Source: Spirochaetota bacterium
GTDB taxonomy: Bacteria; Spirochaetota; UBA4802; JAKQUI01
Reading direction: 5' to 3'
Assembly: GCA_029562645.1 (NCBI GenBank)
Contig: JAKQUI010000033.1
Coordinates: forward strand, 59,146 to 123,145
DNA length: 64,000 nucleotides
The first letter of the stretch is position 1. Every line of letters starts with the position of its first letter. Below the pieces are notes generated by a model. The model worked only from the letters and a program-made list of their open reading frames with translations. It searched no databases and was not told the DNA's origin. A program made the translations under genes and the position numbers. Below, in pieces: positions 19,400 to 28,814 of the stretch.

Positions 19400-20412
19400 T
19401 TCTTCATCTCCTCGATGTCTTGTTCGATTTTTTTCACGCGCTTCAGGAGCTCCGGCAGGAACCCGAGCGCGCTGGTGATGCGGTGCTGCTCGCGCACGGG
19501 CCGCGCGGGCGTCCCGAAGAGGATCTCGGCCTTCTTGACATCATTGTAGATGCCGCTCTGCCCCATGATGACCGCGCCAGAGGCGATAGAGATATGATCG
19601 GCCAGCCCCACCTGGCCGGCGATGATCACCTTGTCGCCCACGGTGACCGTGCCGGACATGCCCACCTGCGCCACGATGTAGCAGCGCTCGCCGATCACGC
19701 AATTGTGCGCGATGTGCACCAGGTTGTCGAACTTGGTGTCGTTGCCCACGGTGGTGGAGCCCACGGTGGCGCGGTCGATGCAGGTGTTCGCGCCGATCTC
19801 CACGCGGTCGCCGATGACCACGTTCCCGATCTGCGGGATCTTGATGATCTTTCCGTCCTTCTCGTAGAACCCGTAGCCGTCGGCGCCGATCACCACGCCG
19901 GAATGCAGGATGCAGTCGGCGCCGATCACGCAACGCTCGCGGACCACCACGCCCGAGTACAGGACCGTGTTCGCGCCGATCGACGCGTCCGTCTCGACCA
20001 CGCAGTTCGGATAGATCACGCTGCCGTCGCCCACGCGCGCGCCGGCCATCACCGCCGCGCCGGCCATCACCGTGGCGTTCGCGCCGATCGCCGCGGCCGG
20101 ATCGACATGCGCGCCGGGCTGCACGCCCGCGGAACGTTTCGGTTTCGGCCCGAAGATCCCGAGGAGCGCGATGAAGGCGAGCTTGGGATCGTCAACCTCG
20201 ATATACGGACACTCGATGGCGTCGGCCGCGAAATTGCGCGGGATCACCACCGCGGCGGGTTTTTTCGCGAGCACGCCGGCAAGCGCCTTCTTCCCCTCGA
20301 TGTACATGATCGCCCCGGCGCATTCGACATCGAGCGCACCCACCCGGTCGATCTCGACGTCGGATCCGTGCAGGGTCCCGTGAAGCGTTTCGGCAATCGC
20401 GGACAGTTTCAT
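19396..20412 (-). CDS. lpxD: UDP-3-O-acylglucosamine N-acyltransferase
   Basis: 338 aa. Hexapeptide repeats throughout and an N-terminal LpxD-type domain. 4-nt overlap with lpxA. Sits in the conserved bamA-skp-lpxD context. Confidence 0.9.
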   Translation of the reverse strand: MKLSAIAETLHGTLHGSDVEIDRVGALDVECAGAIMYIEGKKALAGVLAKKPAAVVIPRNFAADAIECPYIEVDDPKLAFIALLGIFGPKPKRSAGVQPGAHVDPAAAIGANATVMAGAAVMAGARVGDGSVIYPNCVVETDASIGANTVLYSGVVVRERCVIGADCILHSGVVIGADGYGFYEKDGKIIKIPQIGNVVIGDRVEIGANTCIDRATVGSTTVGNDTKFDNLVHIAHNCVIGERCYIVAQVGMSGTVTVGDKVIIAGQVGLADHISIASGAVIMGQSGIYNDVKKAEILFGTPARPVREQHRITSALGFLPELLKRVKKIEQDIEEMKK

Positions 20413-20429
20413 GGGCCATCCTCCTTGGC

Positions 20430-20933
20430 TTACCGTGACACGGGGGCGTTCCGGTTGTGCAGGCGCACGATCTCGCGGATCACCTCGTCGGTGATGTCGT
20501 GCTCCTTCTTCGAGTAGACCAGCGCGTCCCCGACCGTCAGTATATAGTCCAGGTCCATCCGCTTCGCGACGATCGCGACGGACCGGTTGATCTCAGCGTA
20601 GAGCCTCGCCTTGACGGACTCCTCCCGCTTGCCGAGCTCCTTGAGCTCGCCCTCGTTCTTCTTCAGCCGCGCGTCGAGCTCGGCGCGCTTCTTCGGATCG
20701 CCCTCGTCGGCGCGCTGCGACGAGATCGCCGCGTCGTCGGCCGCGAGCTTCGCGCGGCGCTCCCGAAGGTCCTTCGCGTCGGCGTTCTTGGCAGCCAGAA
20801 AGTCGAAGATGAGCGAGAGGTTCACCGCCCGGACGCGCAGATCGCGCGGCTCGACGCGTTTTGGCTCAGAGGAGCACCCGGCGTTGGCGGCGATCAGCGC
20901 GGCGGCGAGAAATGACGTGAAGCGCGAAATCAT
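20430..20933 (-). CDS. skp: periplasmic chaperone Skp/OmpH
   Basis: 167 aa. Signal peptide followed by a Lys/Glu/Arg-rich coiled-coil region. Conserved position between bamA and lpxD. Confidence 0.75.
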   Translation of the reverse strand: MISRFTSFLAAALIAANAGCSSEPKRVEPRDLRVRAVNLSLIFDFLAAKNADAKDLRERRAKLAADDAAISSQRADEGDPKKRAELDARLKKNEGELKELGKREESVKARLYAEINRSVAIVAKRMDLDYILTVGDALVYSKKEHDITDEVIREIVRLHNRNAPVSR

Positions 20934-20969
20934 GGTCGAACATAGCGCGATGCGGGTAAATCTGTCCAG

Positions 20970-23501
20970 CTAAAATCGCATGTCCCCGATCGCGAACTGG
21001 AACTGGAAGTCGCTGACCTCCTTGAAATAACCCTTGAAGGTCTGCTTGTTGTCCTGCACCCACATCATGCGCCGCCCGAACCAGAAGCGAAGCGGCATCA
21101 CCGGGATCTGGATCTTGAACCCGAGGCCCCACGAATATTTCGAATACCACATCACGTCGACCTTGGTCAGCTGGTCGATGCGGTACAGCTTTTCGGCGTC
21201 GAGGTCGGCGTCAATGTCGGTTTTCGCGTACGAGTCCATGTTCGCCTCCCAGAACTCGTCGGTCCACAGCGACCCGGCGTCGAAGAAGGCGACGAACCAC
21301 AGCATCTGCGGATGGATGGGAATGCGGAACTCAAGCCCGTAGAGAATTCGATGGAACAGGCCCCATCGCCACGACTTGGGGAACTTGTCGTCGTAATAGT
21401 CCCAGCCGCGCAGCGTCTCCGGGCCGCCCATGTAGAGGCGGTCTTCCGATTCGAGCCAGCGGTTTCGCCATTGGGGCTGATAGCGCTCCAGCGCATCCGT
21501 GTTCATCGGCGGGGTAAGGAACGCGGCGTTCGCGCGAAGCTCGATCACGCAGGGATGCGTCTTCAGGAACGGAAGATTGAACGGGCTGAAGTACACGTAC
21601 AGGTCGGGAGAATACTTGATGAAGTGGTCGTGCCCGTACAGGACGGTGCCCCCGGTGAAGGCGACGTCCAGTTCGATCTTCCATCCGCGCGTGGGATTGA
21701 GATAGTTGTCGATGGAGTTGCGGATGACGAAGAAGGCGAGCGTCCGCTTCTCCTGGTCGCCGTACGATTGCTCGATGAAGATCTCGTCCGAGCTGTTGCC
21801 GGTCGGATTGAGGATGGACTTGAAGGCGTGCGTCCACCCCGAGCCGATGCCATAGTAATACCAGAAGCGATAGGTGAGGCTCACCGAGTAGCCGATCGCC
21901 TGCTTCTCGTACTGCGCGGGCTTGTTCTGCCCGTAAATGGACGCGCCGGGAACGGTGTAGAGCGAATAGAATACCGAGGTGTTCAGCGCCAGCGGATAGT
22001 CGAAGAGCCACGGCTCGCGGAAGCTCAACGTGATCGAGGTGCGCTGCGGGCCGTACTCGAAGCGCGCCCCGATGCGCTGGCCGTTCCCCATGAGGTTGTT
22101 CTCCGCGACGTCGGCGAAGATCGAGAAGCCGGAGGTGGTCCCGTAGCCGCCGCCCAGCGATATGGTGCCGGAGGGCTGCTCCTCGACGTCGACGATGAGG
22201 TTCATATACCCCTCCTTGCTGCCCGGGCGGACGTCGAAGTTCACCTCCTTGAAGTATCCGAGATTGTACACCTTCTCGCGCGATATCCGCATCTTCTCGG
22301 CGTTGAACAGCTCCCCCTCCTTCATGAGGAGCTCCCGCCGGATCACCTTGTCCTTGGTCTTCTTGTTCCCCTTGATGATGATGTTTTCGATATAGGCCTG
22401 GGTCCCCTCGGTGATCTCGAAGTCGATGCGCACGTATTTTCGGGCCACCATCACGCCGTCGTCGTCGATCTGCCGCTCCTCCACGGTGCGCTTGGGGATC
22501 ACGCGCGCGAAGATGTAGCCCATCGTGGAGTAGGAATAGCTGATCATCTGGCGGTCTTTCTGGAAGAGCGTGTCGTTGAAGATCGCGCCGCTCTTGGTCT
22601 GCTCGAACTGCTGCTCGAACACCCGGCTCTCGATCACCTTGTTGCCGGCGATGGTGTACCGGTCGAAAAAGTAGCGGTCCCCCTCGCTGAGCTTGATGGT
22701 GACGAAGATCGCCCGCTTCTCCTGCTTCTCGGGGTTCTCCCACTCGTATTCGACCTTGTCCTCGATGATCTGCGCGTCGAGGTAGCCGCGCTCGCGGTAC
22801 AGCGCCAGGATCTTCCCCTTGTCCTTCTCGTACTCGTCGCGCTTGAAGTCGCCGTCGGAGAAAAACCCGTCCTCCTTGAGCTCGAGGACGCCCATGATCT
22901 CGTCGACGGGGATGCGGCGCGCGCCCATGATGATGATCTTGGCGATCTTCACCTCCTCGCCCTCGTCGATCACGAACACCACGTTCACGCGCTCCTCGTC
23001 CTTCTCCGAGCGCTCCACCCGGTAGGTGATGACCGCGTTGAAGAGCCCCTCCTTGTCGTACTTCTCTTTCATCGCCCGGACGCTCTTCTCGACCAGGTCG
23101 ATCCGGAGCGGCTCGTCCTCCTTCTGGAGGACGATCTCGGCGAGCTCGGTGCGGTGGACCTCGTCGTTGCCCTTGATGACGATCTCCTTGACCACGGGAC
23201 GGACCTTGCAGATGATGCGCAAACGCACGCCGTCCTGGAACTCGCTCGCCGCGACGCGCACGTTCTCGAAGTTGCCCTTCTTGAAGATCGCATCCACGTC
23301 CTTGCTCAGGTCCGCGGAGACGAGCGGGTAGCCCTCCTCGGTGATCATGATGTCGAGCAGGTCGTCGGGGTCGATGTTCCGGAGGCCCTCGAACTCGATC
23401 TTCTTGACGATCTTTCCCTCAAACGGGGACGGCGCGGTCACGGCGCCATCGAGCACGAAGAAGACAGTGCCGATACAGGCGATAAGTAGGAGTTTCCTCA
23501 T
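20970..23501 (-). CDS. bamA: outer membrane protein assembly factor BamA
   Basis: 843 aa. Signal peptide, POTRA repeats (GKIVKKIEFEGLRNI..., ...VKEIVIKGNDEVHRTEL...) and a C-terminal Omp85 barrel ending ...AIGDMRF. Confidence 0.9.
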   Translation of the reverse strand: MRKLLLIACIGTVFFVLDGAVTAPSPFEGKIVKKIEFEGLRNIDPDDLLDIMITEEGYPLVSADLSKDVDAIFKKGNFENVRVAASEFQDGVRLRIICKVRPVVKEIVIKGNDEVHRTELAEIVLQKEDEPLRIDLVEKSVRAMKEKYDKEGLFNAVITYRVERSEKDEERVNVVFVIDEGEEVKIAKIIIMGARRIPVDEIMGVLELKEDGFFSDGDFKRDEYEKDKGKILALYRERGYLDAQIIEDKVEYEWENPEKQEKRAIFVTIKLSEGDRYFFDRYTIAGNKVIESRVFEQQFEQTKSGAIFNDTLFQKDRQMISYSYSTMGYIFARVIPKRTVEERQIDDDGVMVARKYVRIDFEITEGTQAYIENIIIKGNKKTKDKVIRRELLMKEGELFNAEKMRISREKVYNLGYFKEVNFDVRPGSKEGYMNLIVDVEEQPSGTISLGGGYGTTSGFSIFADVAENNLMGNGQRIGARFEYGPQRTSITLSFREPWLFDYPLALNTSVFYSLYTVPGASIYGQNKPAQYEKQAIGYSVSLTYRFWYYYGIGSGWTHAFKSILNPTGNSSDEIFIEQSYGDQEKRTLAFFVIRNSIDNYLNPTRGWKIELDVAFTGGTVLYGHDHFIKYSPDLYVYFSPFNLPFLKTHPCVIELRANAAFLTPPMNTDALERYQPQWRNRWLESEDRLYMGGPETLRGWDYYDDKFPKSWRWGLFHRILYGLEFRIPIHPQMLWFVAFFDAGSLWTDEFWEANMDSYAKTDIDADLDAEKLYRIDQLTKVDVMWYSKYSWGLGFKIQIPVMPLRFWFGRRMMWVQDNKQTFKGYFKEVSDFQFQFAIGDMRF

Positions 23502-23804
23502 TCGTACTCGGTTACCTTGTGTCTGTTCAGTCTGAACGGGCTGGCCGGCGATCGGCTGTGTCGGTGTGGCGTATCCGACATCGCACCGTCAGTGAGATGC
23601 GGGACCGGACGGTTTTGTTACAGCTTTTCCCGCATCGATGACGCCCTGAGAATTCTGGCCTTGCTATCGCGGTCGCCCCCCCATGTCAAGAAAATATGGC
23701 CGCCGGCGCGCGCCGGATCATGCGCGGATAAAAAGAATTGACAGATCCCTCGCGCCGAACCCAATCGTGCCAGACTCGCGCACTCTCGCACACGGGACGG
23801 TACC

Positions 23805-24440
23805 ATGAACATGCTCACCGACAATGTGATTGTCAAGGGCGGCTGGGTGATGATTCCCATCATCCTGGGCTCCATCATCGCGCTGGGGATCGCGATCGAG
23901 CGCGGCATCCTGCTCTGGCGCATCCGCATGGACCTCGCCCGGTTCACCGACGAGATCTACGCGCTCGTGCGCTCGGGCGAGCTGGAAACGGCGGGCGCCG
24001 TCTGCGCGCGCACCCTGCACCCCATCGCGCGCGTGTTCAAGGCGGGACTGGAGCATCACGGCGAGGAGCCGTCGGTTGTCGAGAAGGCCATGGAGCGCCA
24101 GGGCAACGCCGAGGTGGCGCGCCTCGAGAAGAACATGAACTACCTCATGGCCATCGTGGGCGTGGAGCCGATGCTGGGGTTCCTGGGGACCATCCTGGGG
24201 CTCATCGGCGCCTTCATGGCCTGGGAGGTGAGCGCGGAATCGGTCACCGTCTCGCAACTGGCCGCGGGGATCTACCAGGCCATGATCACCACCGCGAGCG
24301 GCCTCGCGGTCGCCATCACCTATTACGTCGTGTACAGCGTGTACGCGAACCGCATCGCCGCCATCACGCGCGACCTCAACAGCCACGGGGAGGAGCTCCT
24401 CGCCCTCATCACCGGCGCCGGCAAGAAAAAGAAGCGATGA
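23805..24440 (+). CDS. exbB: MotA/TolQ/ExbB-family proton channel
   Basis: 211 aa with three transmembrane segments. Conserved ...MAIVGVEPMLGFLGTILGLIGAFMAWE... and ...TTASGLAVAITYYVVY.... Confidence 0.8.
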   Translation: MNMLTDNVIVKGGWVMIPIILGSIIALGIAIERGILLWRIRMDLARFTDEIYALVRSGELETAGAVCARTLHPIARVFKAGLEHHGEEPSVVEKAMERQGNAEVARLEKNMNYLMAIVGVEPMLGFLGTILGLIGAFMAWEVSAESVTVSQLAAGIYQAMITTASGLAVAITYYVVYSVYANRIAAITRDLNSHGEELLALITGAGKKKKR

Positions 24441-24865
24441 AGATCCGCTCCGCGGGACGGCCGCAGCTCACCCTCGAATCGGTCGCGATGACCGACATCA
24501 TCATGAACATGTTCGTGTTCTTTTTTATCTCGTTTAGCCTGCTGTACACCTTCAACCCGCAGCGCGAATCGAAGATCAAGGTGAACCTGCCCAAGGGGGT
24601 CACGGACGTGAAGAGCCGGGGCGAGAAGCCGCTGGTCGTGACCGTGACCGGCAAAAACGAGATCTACATCGGCAGCACCAAGGTCTCCTCGCTCGCGCTG
24701 TCCGAGTCGCTCAAGTCGGCGGCGCCCACGGCGAAACAGCACGGCGTGATCGTGAAGGCCGACCGGCAGGCCGCGGTCGATTATTTCGTGAAGGTGCTCG
24801 ACGCCGCGAAGCAGGCGGGCATCGACAAGGTCGGCGTCTCCATCGAGCTGCAACCCCGCCAGTAG
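24437..24865 (+). CDS. exbD: ExbD/TolR biopolymer transport protein
   Basis: 142 aa. The ATG overlaps the exbB stop by 4 nt. MKIRSAGRPQL...TDIIMNMFVFFFISFSLLY (single TM) plus a periplasmic domain ...PLVVTVTGKNEIYIGSTKVS.... Confidence 0.75.
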   Translation: MKIRSAGRPQLTLESVAMTDIIMNMFVFFFISFSLLYTFNPQRESKIKVNLPKGVTDVKSRGEKPLVVTVTGKNEIYIGSTKVSSLALSESLKSAAPTAKQHGVIVKADRQAAVDYFVKVLDAAKQAGIDKVGVSIELQPRQ

Positions 24866-24875
24866 CGCCGCCCCA

Positions 24876-26501
24876 TCACAGCATGATCCGCAAACCGCCC
24901 AGCACCGTGATCCCGGGCTCGGGATAGCCGTCGCGCAGATTGTACTTGTTGTTGTAGAGGTTCTCCACGCGCAGGTTCGCGAACAGCCCGTCGAGCAGCC
25001 GAAACTGCGCCCCGAAGGAGCCGATGAGCGCGCGGTCGAGCCGGTCCGCCCGGTCGGGATCGATGAAGACCGGGTCGATGTAGCGGTTCCCCCACTGGAC
25101 CTTCCACCAGGCGCCGTTGTAGCTGAGCTTGCCGTCGAAGGCGTGATCGGGGCGGTAGGTGACGCGCCGCTCGGCGACGAAGTTCGCGTACTCGTAGCCG
25201 AAGGCGATATCGACGAGCCGCCGCAACAGGAAGATGTTCGCCTCGCAGTTGCCGCCATAGCGCGTGGCGGGCATGGTCTCGGCGCGAAGAACGTTGCCCG
25301 ACACTGGACGGAAGTTGTAGAAGGCGCTGTTCTGGTCGGCGGTGGCGCCGATCTTCATGTTCACCGCCTCGCCCACGCGCACCTCGGCCTTCATCTCCCC
25401 GCGGTGGGCGCGGCCGGGCGGCAGGTCGTAGACCGGCATCACGAACTTCTGGCTGGGATACAGCCGCTCCGGCCTGAAGGGCTCCAGGTGGTATCGGTAT
25501 TGCATCTGCACCGACGCGTAGCGGAACCCCTTGAGCGTGACCCCCACGATGGGGCCCGCCAGGGAGTCGAAATATTCGCTCCAGGCGCCGTTCACGCCGG
25601 CGGTCAGGGCGACGTGCTCGGTGAGGTTGAAATCGTCCGCCACCTCGCCGAGCACGATGCTGCGGTTGTCCAGCTCCCGATCGTGGAAATTGTAATAGCG
25701 GTACTCGATCGCGTACCGTACGCGATTGAGCGCCGACCAGACGAGCTCTCCGCCCGTTTCCGCCATTCCCATGTTCAGATAACTGCTCGCCTCCACGCCG
25801 TCGCCCGGAACGACCGGGCGGAGCCGATGCGCGAAACCGGTCGTTCCCACGGCGGCATAGGCCTCGAATGAGTCGGTGAAGCGGAACTGGCCCCGGAACG
25901 TCGCCGAGAGCAGGTCCTGCTCCTCGCGCCGGAACACCGGATTGTCGAACATGCCCCGCGAATAGTTTTCCACCGAGGCGTTGAGCTGCAATCGCAGGCG
26001 CTCGCTGGCGGCCAGCATCCCGCTGAAGCCGATTCGATTCTCGAAGTAATCCGTATTGTCGTAGATCTCGCCGCCATACCCGAAGTCATTCGACTTCTTG
26101 TACGACGAGCTCAGCCGGTACACCACGTCCTTCTGCTCCTGCGACAGGCTGATCGTCGAGAGCATGTTCTCGAACTGGCCGTACACCAGCTGCATGTCGA
26201 TGCTCAACCCCGGCCGGGCGGGACCGCCATACGCCGATGCGCCGTCGCCGGCCTCCGGATCATCCTCGCTAAAGGCGTGCCAATCGGCGGGGGTTTCGCT
26301 TCCGTCGGGTCCATGCGCCACGGCGCCGGAACCGTTCTCACGCGTTGCCGCGGCATCGCGCGTCCCCGTATCGGCGGCGGGAACGGCCGTTGGGAGCGCC
26401 CGGGCGAAAACACCGCGGACAAGCGACGGCCGCGCCTGCACGGCGATGGCGGCCGCGAGGCAAACGGCACAACACAGGGAAACGAGAGTACGCACCGGCA
26501 C
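24876..26501 (-). CDS. outer-membrane beta-barrel protein with a disordered N-terminal region
   Basis: 541 aa. Signal peptide MPVRTLVSLCCAVCLAAAIAVQA, then an Ala/Gly/Asp-rich 90-aa segment, then an alternating aromatic/amphipathic barrel-like pattern. No plug or TonB-box motif recognised by eye. Confidence 0.45.
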   Translation of the reverse strand: MPVRTLVSLCCAVCLAAAIAVQARPSLVRGVFARALPTAVPAADTGTRDAAATRENGSGAVAHGPDGSETPADWHAFSEDDPEAGDGASAYGGPARPGLSIDMQLVYGQFENMLSTISLSQEQKDVVYRLSSSYKKSNDFGYGGEIYDNTDYFENRIGFSGMLAASERLRLQLNASVENYSRGMFDNPVFRREEQDLLSATFRGQFRFTDSFEAYAAVGTTGFAHRLRPVVPGDGVEASSYLNMGMAETGGELVWSALNRVRYAIEYRYYNFHDRELDNRSIVLGEVADDFNLTEHVALTAGVNGAWSEYFDSLAGPIVGVTLKGFRYASVQMQYRYHLEPFRPERLYPSQKFVMPVYDLPPGRAHRGEMKAEVRVGEAVNMKIGATADQNSAFYNFRPVSGNVLRAETMPATRYGGNCEANIFLLRRLVDIAFGYEYANFVAERRVTYRPDHAFDGKLSYNGAWWKVQWGNRYIDPVFIDPDRADRLDRALIGSFGAQFRLLDGLFANLRVENLYNNKYNLRDGYPEPGITVLGGLRIML

Positions 26502-26525
26502 GCGTCGCTGCTGGAATCGAGCGGC

Positions 26526-26669
26526 CTAGTCGACCAGCTCCCGTGTGATCTCGCGATTGCAGGACCGGCACCGCGCCGTCTCCTGCGGCATGCCGGCGTC
26601 CAGAAACACGTTGAGGGAAAATCCGCACGAACACCGGTAGGTGAAATTTTTCATCTTATATTCAGCCAT
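26526..26669 (-). CDS. small zinc-ribbon protein (47 aa)
   Basis: Minus-strand translation MAEYKMKNFTYRCSCGFSLNVFLDAGMPQETARCRSCNREITRELVD, giving CxC...CxxC. Not in the ORF track because it is under 60 aa. Directly upstream of, and co-oriented with, the barrel gene 24876..26501. Confidence 0.4.
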   Translation of the reverse strand: MAEYKMKNFTYRCSCGFSLNVFLDAGMPQETARCRSCNREITRELVD

Positions 26670-26761
26670 GCCGTTTCTCCATGTTGATGATGGTATCGTC
26701 CATTTTCATTATCGGCCGCGTCGAGGCGCAATGCGAGCAGAATACCCTCGCGCACCAACGC

Positions 26762-26786
26762 GAAACCCCGCCATGGGCGGGGTTTC
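26762..26786. terminator. perfect GC hairpin downstream of metK (terminator-like, no U-tract)
   Basis: GAAACCCCGCC-atg-GGCGGGGTTTC, an 11-bp stem with a 3-nt loop, 28 nt past the metK stop. Confidence 0.35.
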
Positions 26787-26813
26787 ACAGGGTGCGAAGC
26801 CGAACGGATGATG

Positions 26814-27971
26814 CTATTTCTTAAGCGCCTCGGCCTTGTCGGTCTTCTCCCAGAAGAATTCCGGCAGCTCGCGGCCGAAATGGCCGTACGCCGCGGTCTT
26901 CAGGTAGATGGGGCGCAAGAGGTCCAGCGTCGTGATGATGCCGGCCGGCTTGAGATCGAAGACGGAACGGATGCGCTTCGCGATCTCATCCTCCGACAGC
27001 TTCCCCGTCCCGAAGGTGTCGACCATGACCGACACGGGCTCCGCGACGCCGATGGCATAGGCGACCTGCACCTCGCATCGGTGCGCCAGCCCCGCGGCGA
27101 CCACGTTCTTGGCGATGTAGCGTCCCATGTACGCGGCCGAGCGGTCGACCTTTGACGGGTCCTTGCCGGAGAAGGCGCCGCCGCCATGACGGCCCATTCC
27201 GCCGTAGGTGTCCACGATGATCTTGCGGCCGGTGAGGCCGGTGTCGCCGTGCGGTCCGCCGACCACGAAACGGCCGGTGGGATTGATGTAAATCTTGGTG
27301 TTCGCGTCGATGAGGCTCGCGGGAATCACCTTCTTGATGACCAGCTCGACCATCGCCTCGTAGATCTGCGTATGCTCGACGTCGGGCGCATGCTGGGTCG
27401 ATATCACCACCGCCTCCACCCGTTTCGCCTTGCCGTCGACGTACTCGACGGTCACTTGCGACTTCGAGTCGGGGCGGACGAACGTGATCTCGCCGGACTT
27501 GCGAAGGTCCGCAAGCTTTTTCACCAGCATGTTCGCATACTGGATGGGCATGGGCATGAGCTCGGGGGTTTCGTTGACGGCGTAGCCGAACATCATCCCC
27601 TGGTCGCCCGCGCCCTGCTCCTTGAACAACCCCTCTCCCGCAGTGACGCCCTGGGAGATGTCCGGGGACTGCGAGTGGACGTAGATCTCGACCTTGCAGG
27701 TCTTCGCATCGAAGCCGATGTCGGCGTGCGTATAGCCGATGTCGCCGATGGTTTTCCGGGCGACCTTCTCGTAATCGACCTTCTGGGTCGAGGTGATCTC
27801 GCCGGAGACGATGCAGCGATCCGTCGTCACGAGCGTTTCGCACGCGACGCGCGAACGCTTGTCGCCGGCCAGATGCGCATCGAGCACGGCATCGGATACC
27901 TGGTCGGCCACCTTGTCGGGATGGCCTTCGGACACCGACTCGGAGGTGAATAAATAGTCTTTGGGGCCCAT
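26814..27971 (-). CDS. metK: S-adenosylmethionine synthetase
   Basis: Start at [32 protein letters not shown]... Conserved GAGDQG and GGGAFSGKD motifs. Confidence 0.92.
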   Translation of the reverse strand: MGPKDYLFTSESVSEGHPDKVADQVSDAVLDAHLAGDKRSRVACETLVTTDRCIVSGEITSTQKVDYEKVARKTIGDIGYTHADIGFDAKTCKVEIYVHSQSPDISQGVTAGEGLFKEQGAGDQGMMFGYAVNETPELMPMPIQYANMLVKKLADLRKSGEITFVRPDSKSQVTVEYVDGKAKRVEAVVISTQHAPDVEHTQIYEAMVELVIKKVIPASLIDANTKIYINPTGRFVVGGPHGDTGLTGRKIIVDTYGGMGRHGGGAFSGKDPSKVDRSAAYMGRYIAKNVVAAGLAHRCEVQVAYAIGVAEPVSVMVDTFGTGKLSEDEIAKRIRSVFDLKPAGIITTLDLLRPIYLKTAAYGHFGRELPEFFWEKTDKAEALKK

Positions 27972-28068
27972 TGGGAACTCCTTGATAATGAAATGAGGTG
28001 CGACTGGCGCGCCCACAGGCTATGACAGCGGCACCGTCCGTTGAAATGCGATTTTTTTTGCGTGAACG

Positions 28069-28257
28069 CTATTTCCAGTGAAGGCACTCGGCCGGACAGC
28101 TGTCGATCACTTCCTGGATCTTGTCTTCGCTCGCGCCGGTGGGGTCCTTGATGCGACAGAGGCCGTCGGCATCCATCTCGAAGACCTCCGGGAGCGTGTC
28201 GGCGCACAGCTCGCAGCCGGTGCATTCATCGCGATTCACGATAACCGTTTTCGCCAT
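28069..28257 (-). CDS. small 4Fe-4S/3Fe-4S ferredoxin
   Basis: 62 aa from MAKTVIVNRDECTGCELCADTLPEVF...SCPAECLHWK, giving CxxCxxC...CP. Confidence 0.65.
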   Translation of the reverse strand: MAKTVIVNRDECTGCELCADTLPEVFEMDADGLCRIKDPTGASEDKIQEVIDSCPAECLHWK

Positions 28258-28372
28258 GGCGTATCTCCTCATCATTATTGTAGATCGCCGGGAGAGTGGC
28301 ACCGGCGTTCGCCCTGCCCCGTTCGGCATCAGCCGTGCGAGGGGGAACGGGCGTACTGGCGCAGGAATTGGA

Positions 28373-28771
28373 TTACTTGGCTGGCGCCTGCTGCACCGGT
28401 TGCGCCGGCGCCGTCTTCGGTGCGGTCGCGTCCTTTTTCGCGTCGACCGGTTCTTTTTTACCGTCCTGAACGCCCGGTCCGATAACGCCGCTCGGCTTTT
28501 TGTCGCCGACCAGATCCCGCTCAATGGCCCTATCGCGGATCGATTCCAGGATCGACAGCCCCAGGGAGCCGATCATAAACAGGGCGACCATGGCCGTCGT
28601 GATCTTGGTGATGATGTCGGCGGTCGACGATCCGAAGGTGGATTGGCTCGACCCGCCGAGAATCCCCATCCCCGAGCTCTTGTCCGATTGGAGCAGGATG
28701 ATGACGATCAACAAACCGCTCAGAATGACGAAAACGACGGTGAGGACGGAAATAAGGATGCTCATTGACAA
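28373..28771 (-). CDS. secG: preprotein translocase subunit SecG
   Basis: 132 aa with two transmembrane segments. ...GMGILGGSSQSTFGSS... is the SecG hallmark. Immediately downstream of tpiA, the conserved tpiA-secG arrangement. Confidence 0.75.
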   Translation of the reverse strand: MSMSILISVLTVVFVILSGLLIVIILLQSDKSSGMGILGGSSQSTFGSSTADIITKITTAMVALFMIGSLGLSILESIRDRAIERDLVGDKKPSGVIGPGVQDGKKEPVDAKKDATAPKTAPAQPVQQAPAK

Positions 28772-28814
28772 ATCTCCCGGGCGTTCTGCGGCGCGTCGCG
28801 CACCGTGCCATTAA

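Noticed and set aside
21312-23489. Long ORFs in the six-frame track that run antisense to, or out of frame with, clear genes. Examples are 21312..23489+ (725 aa) opposite bamA, 5451..7097+ (548 aa) opposite the big lipoprotein, 17849..19549+ (566 aa) across ldt/lpxA, 56456..57979- (507 aa) opposite metH and 40482..41645- (387 aa) opposite the permease.
   Set aside because: They are Arg/Ala/Gly/Pro-rich, have no recognisable domains and each overlaps a gene with strong homology on the other strand. This is the typical stop-codon-poor antisense frame of a 65% GC genome.
24876-26501. Calling the 541-aa outer-membrane protein a TonB-dependent receptor because of the adjacent exbBD.
   Set aside because: No TonB box or plug-domain motifs were recognisable, and the barrel portion looks too short. 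Left as an outer-membrane protein of unknown family.
27972-28068. SAM riboswitch upstream of metK.
   Set aside because: The leader is only 97 nt. It lies between fdx and metK, which are probably co-transcribed, and I could not recognise SAM-I or SAM-II conserved cores by eye. Not called.
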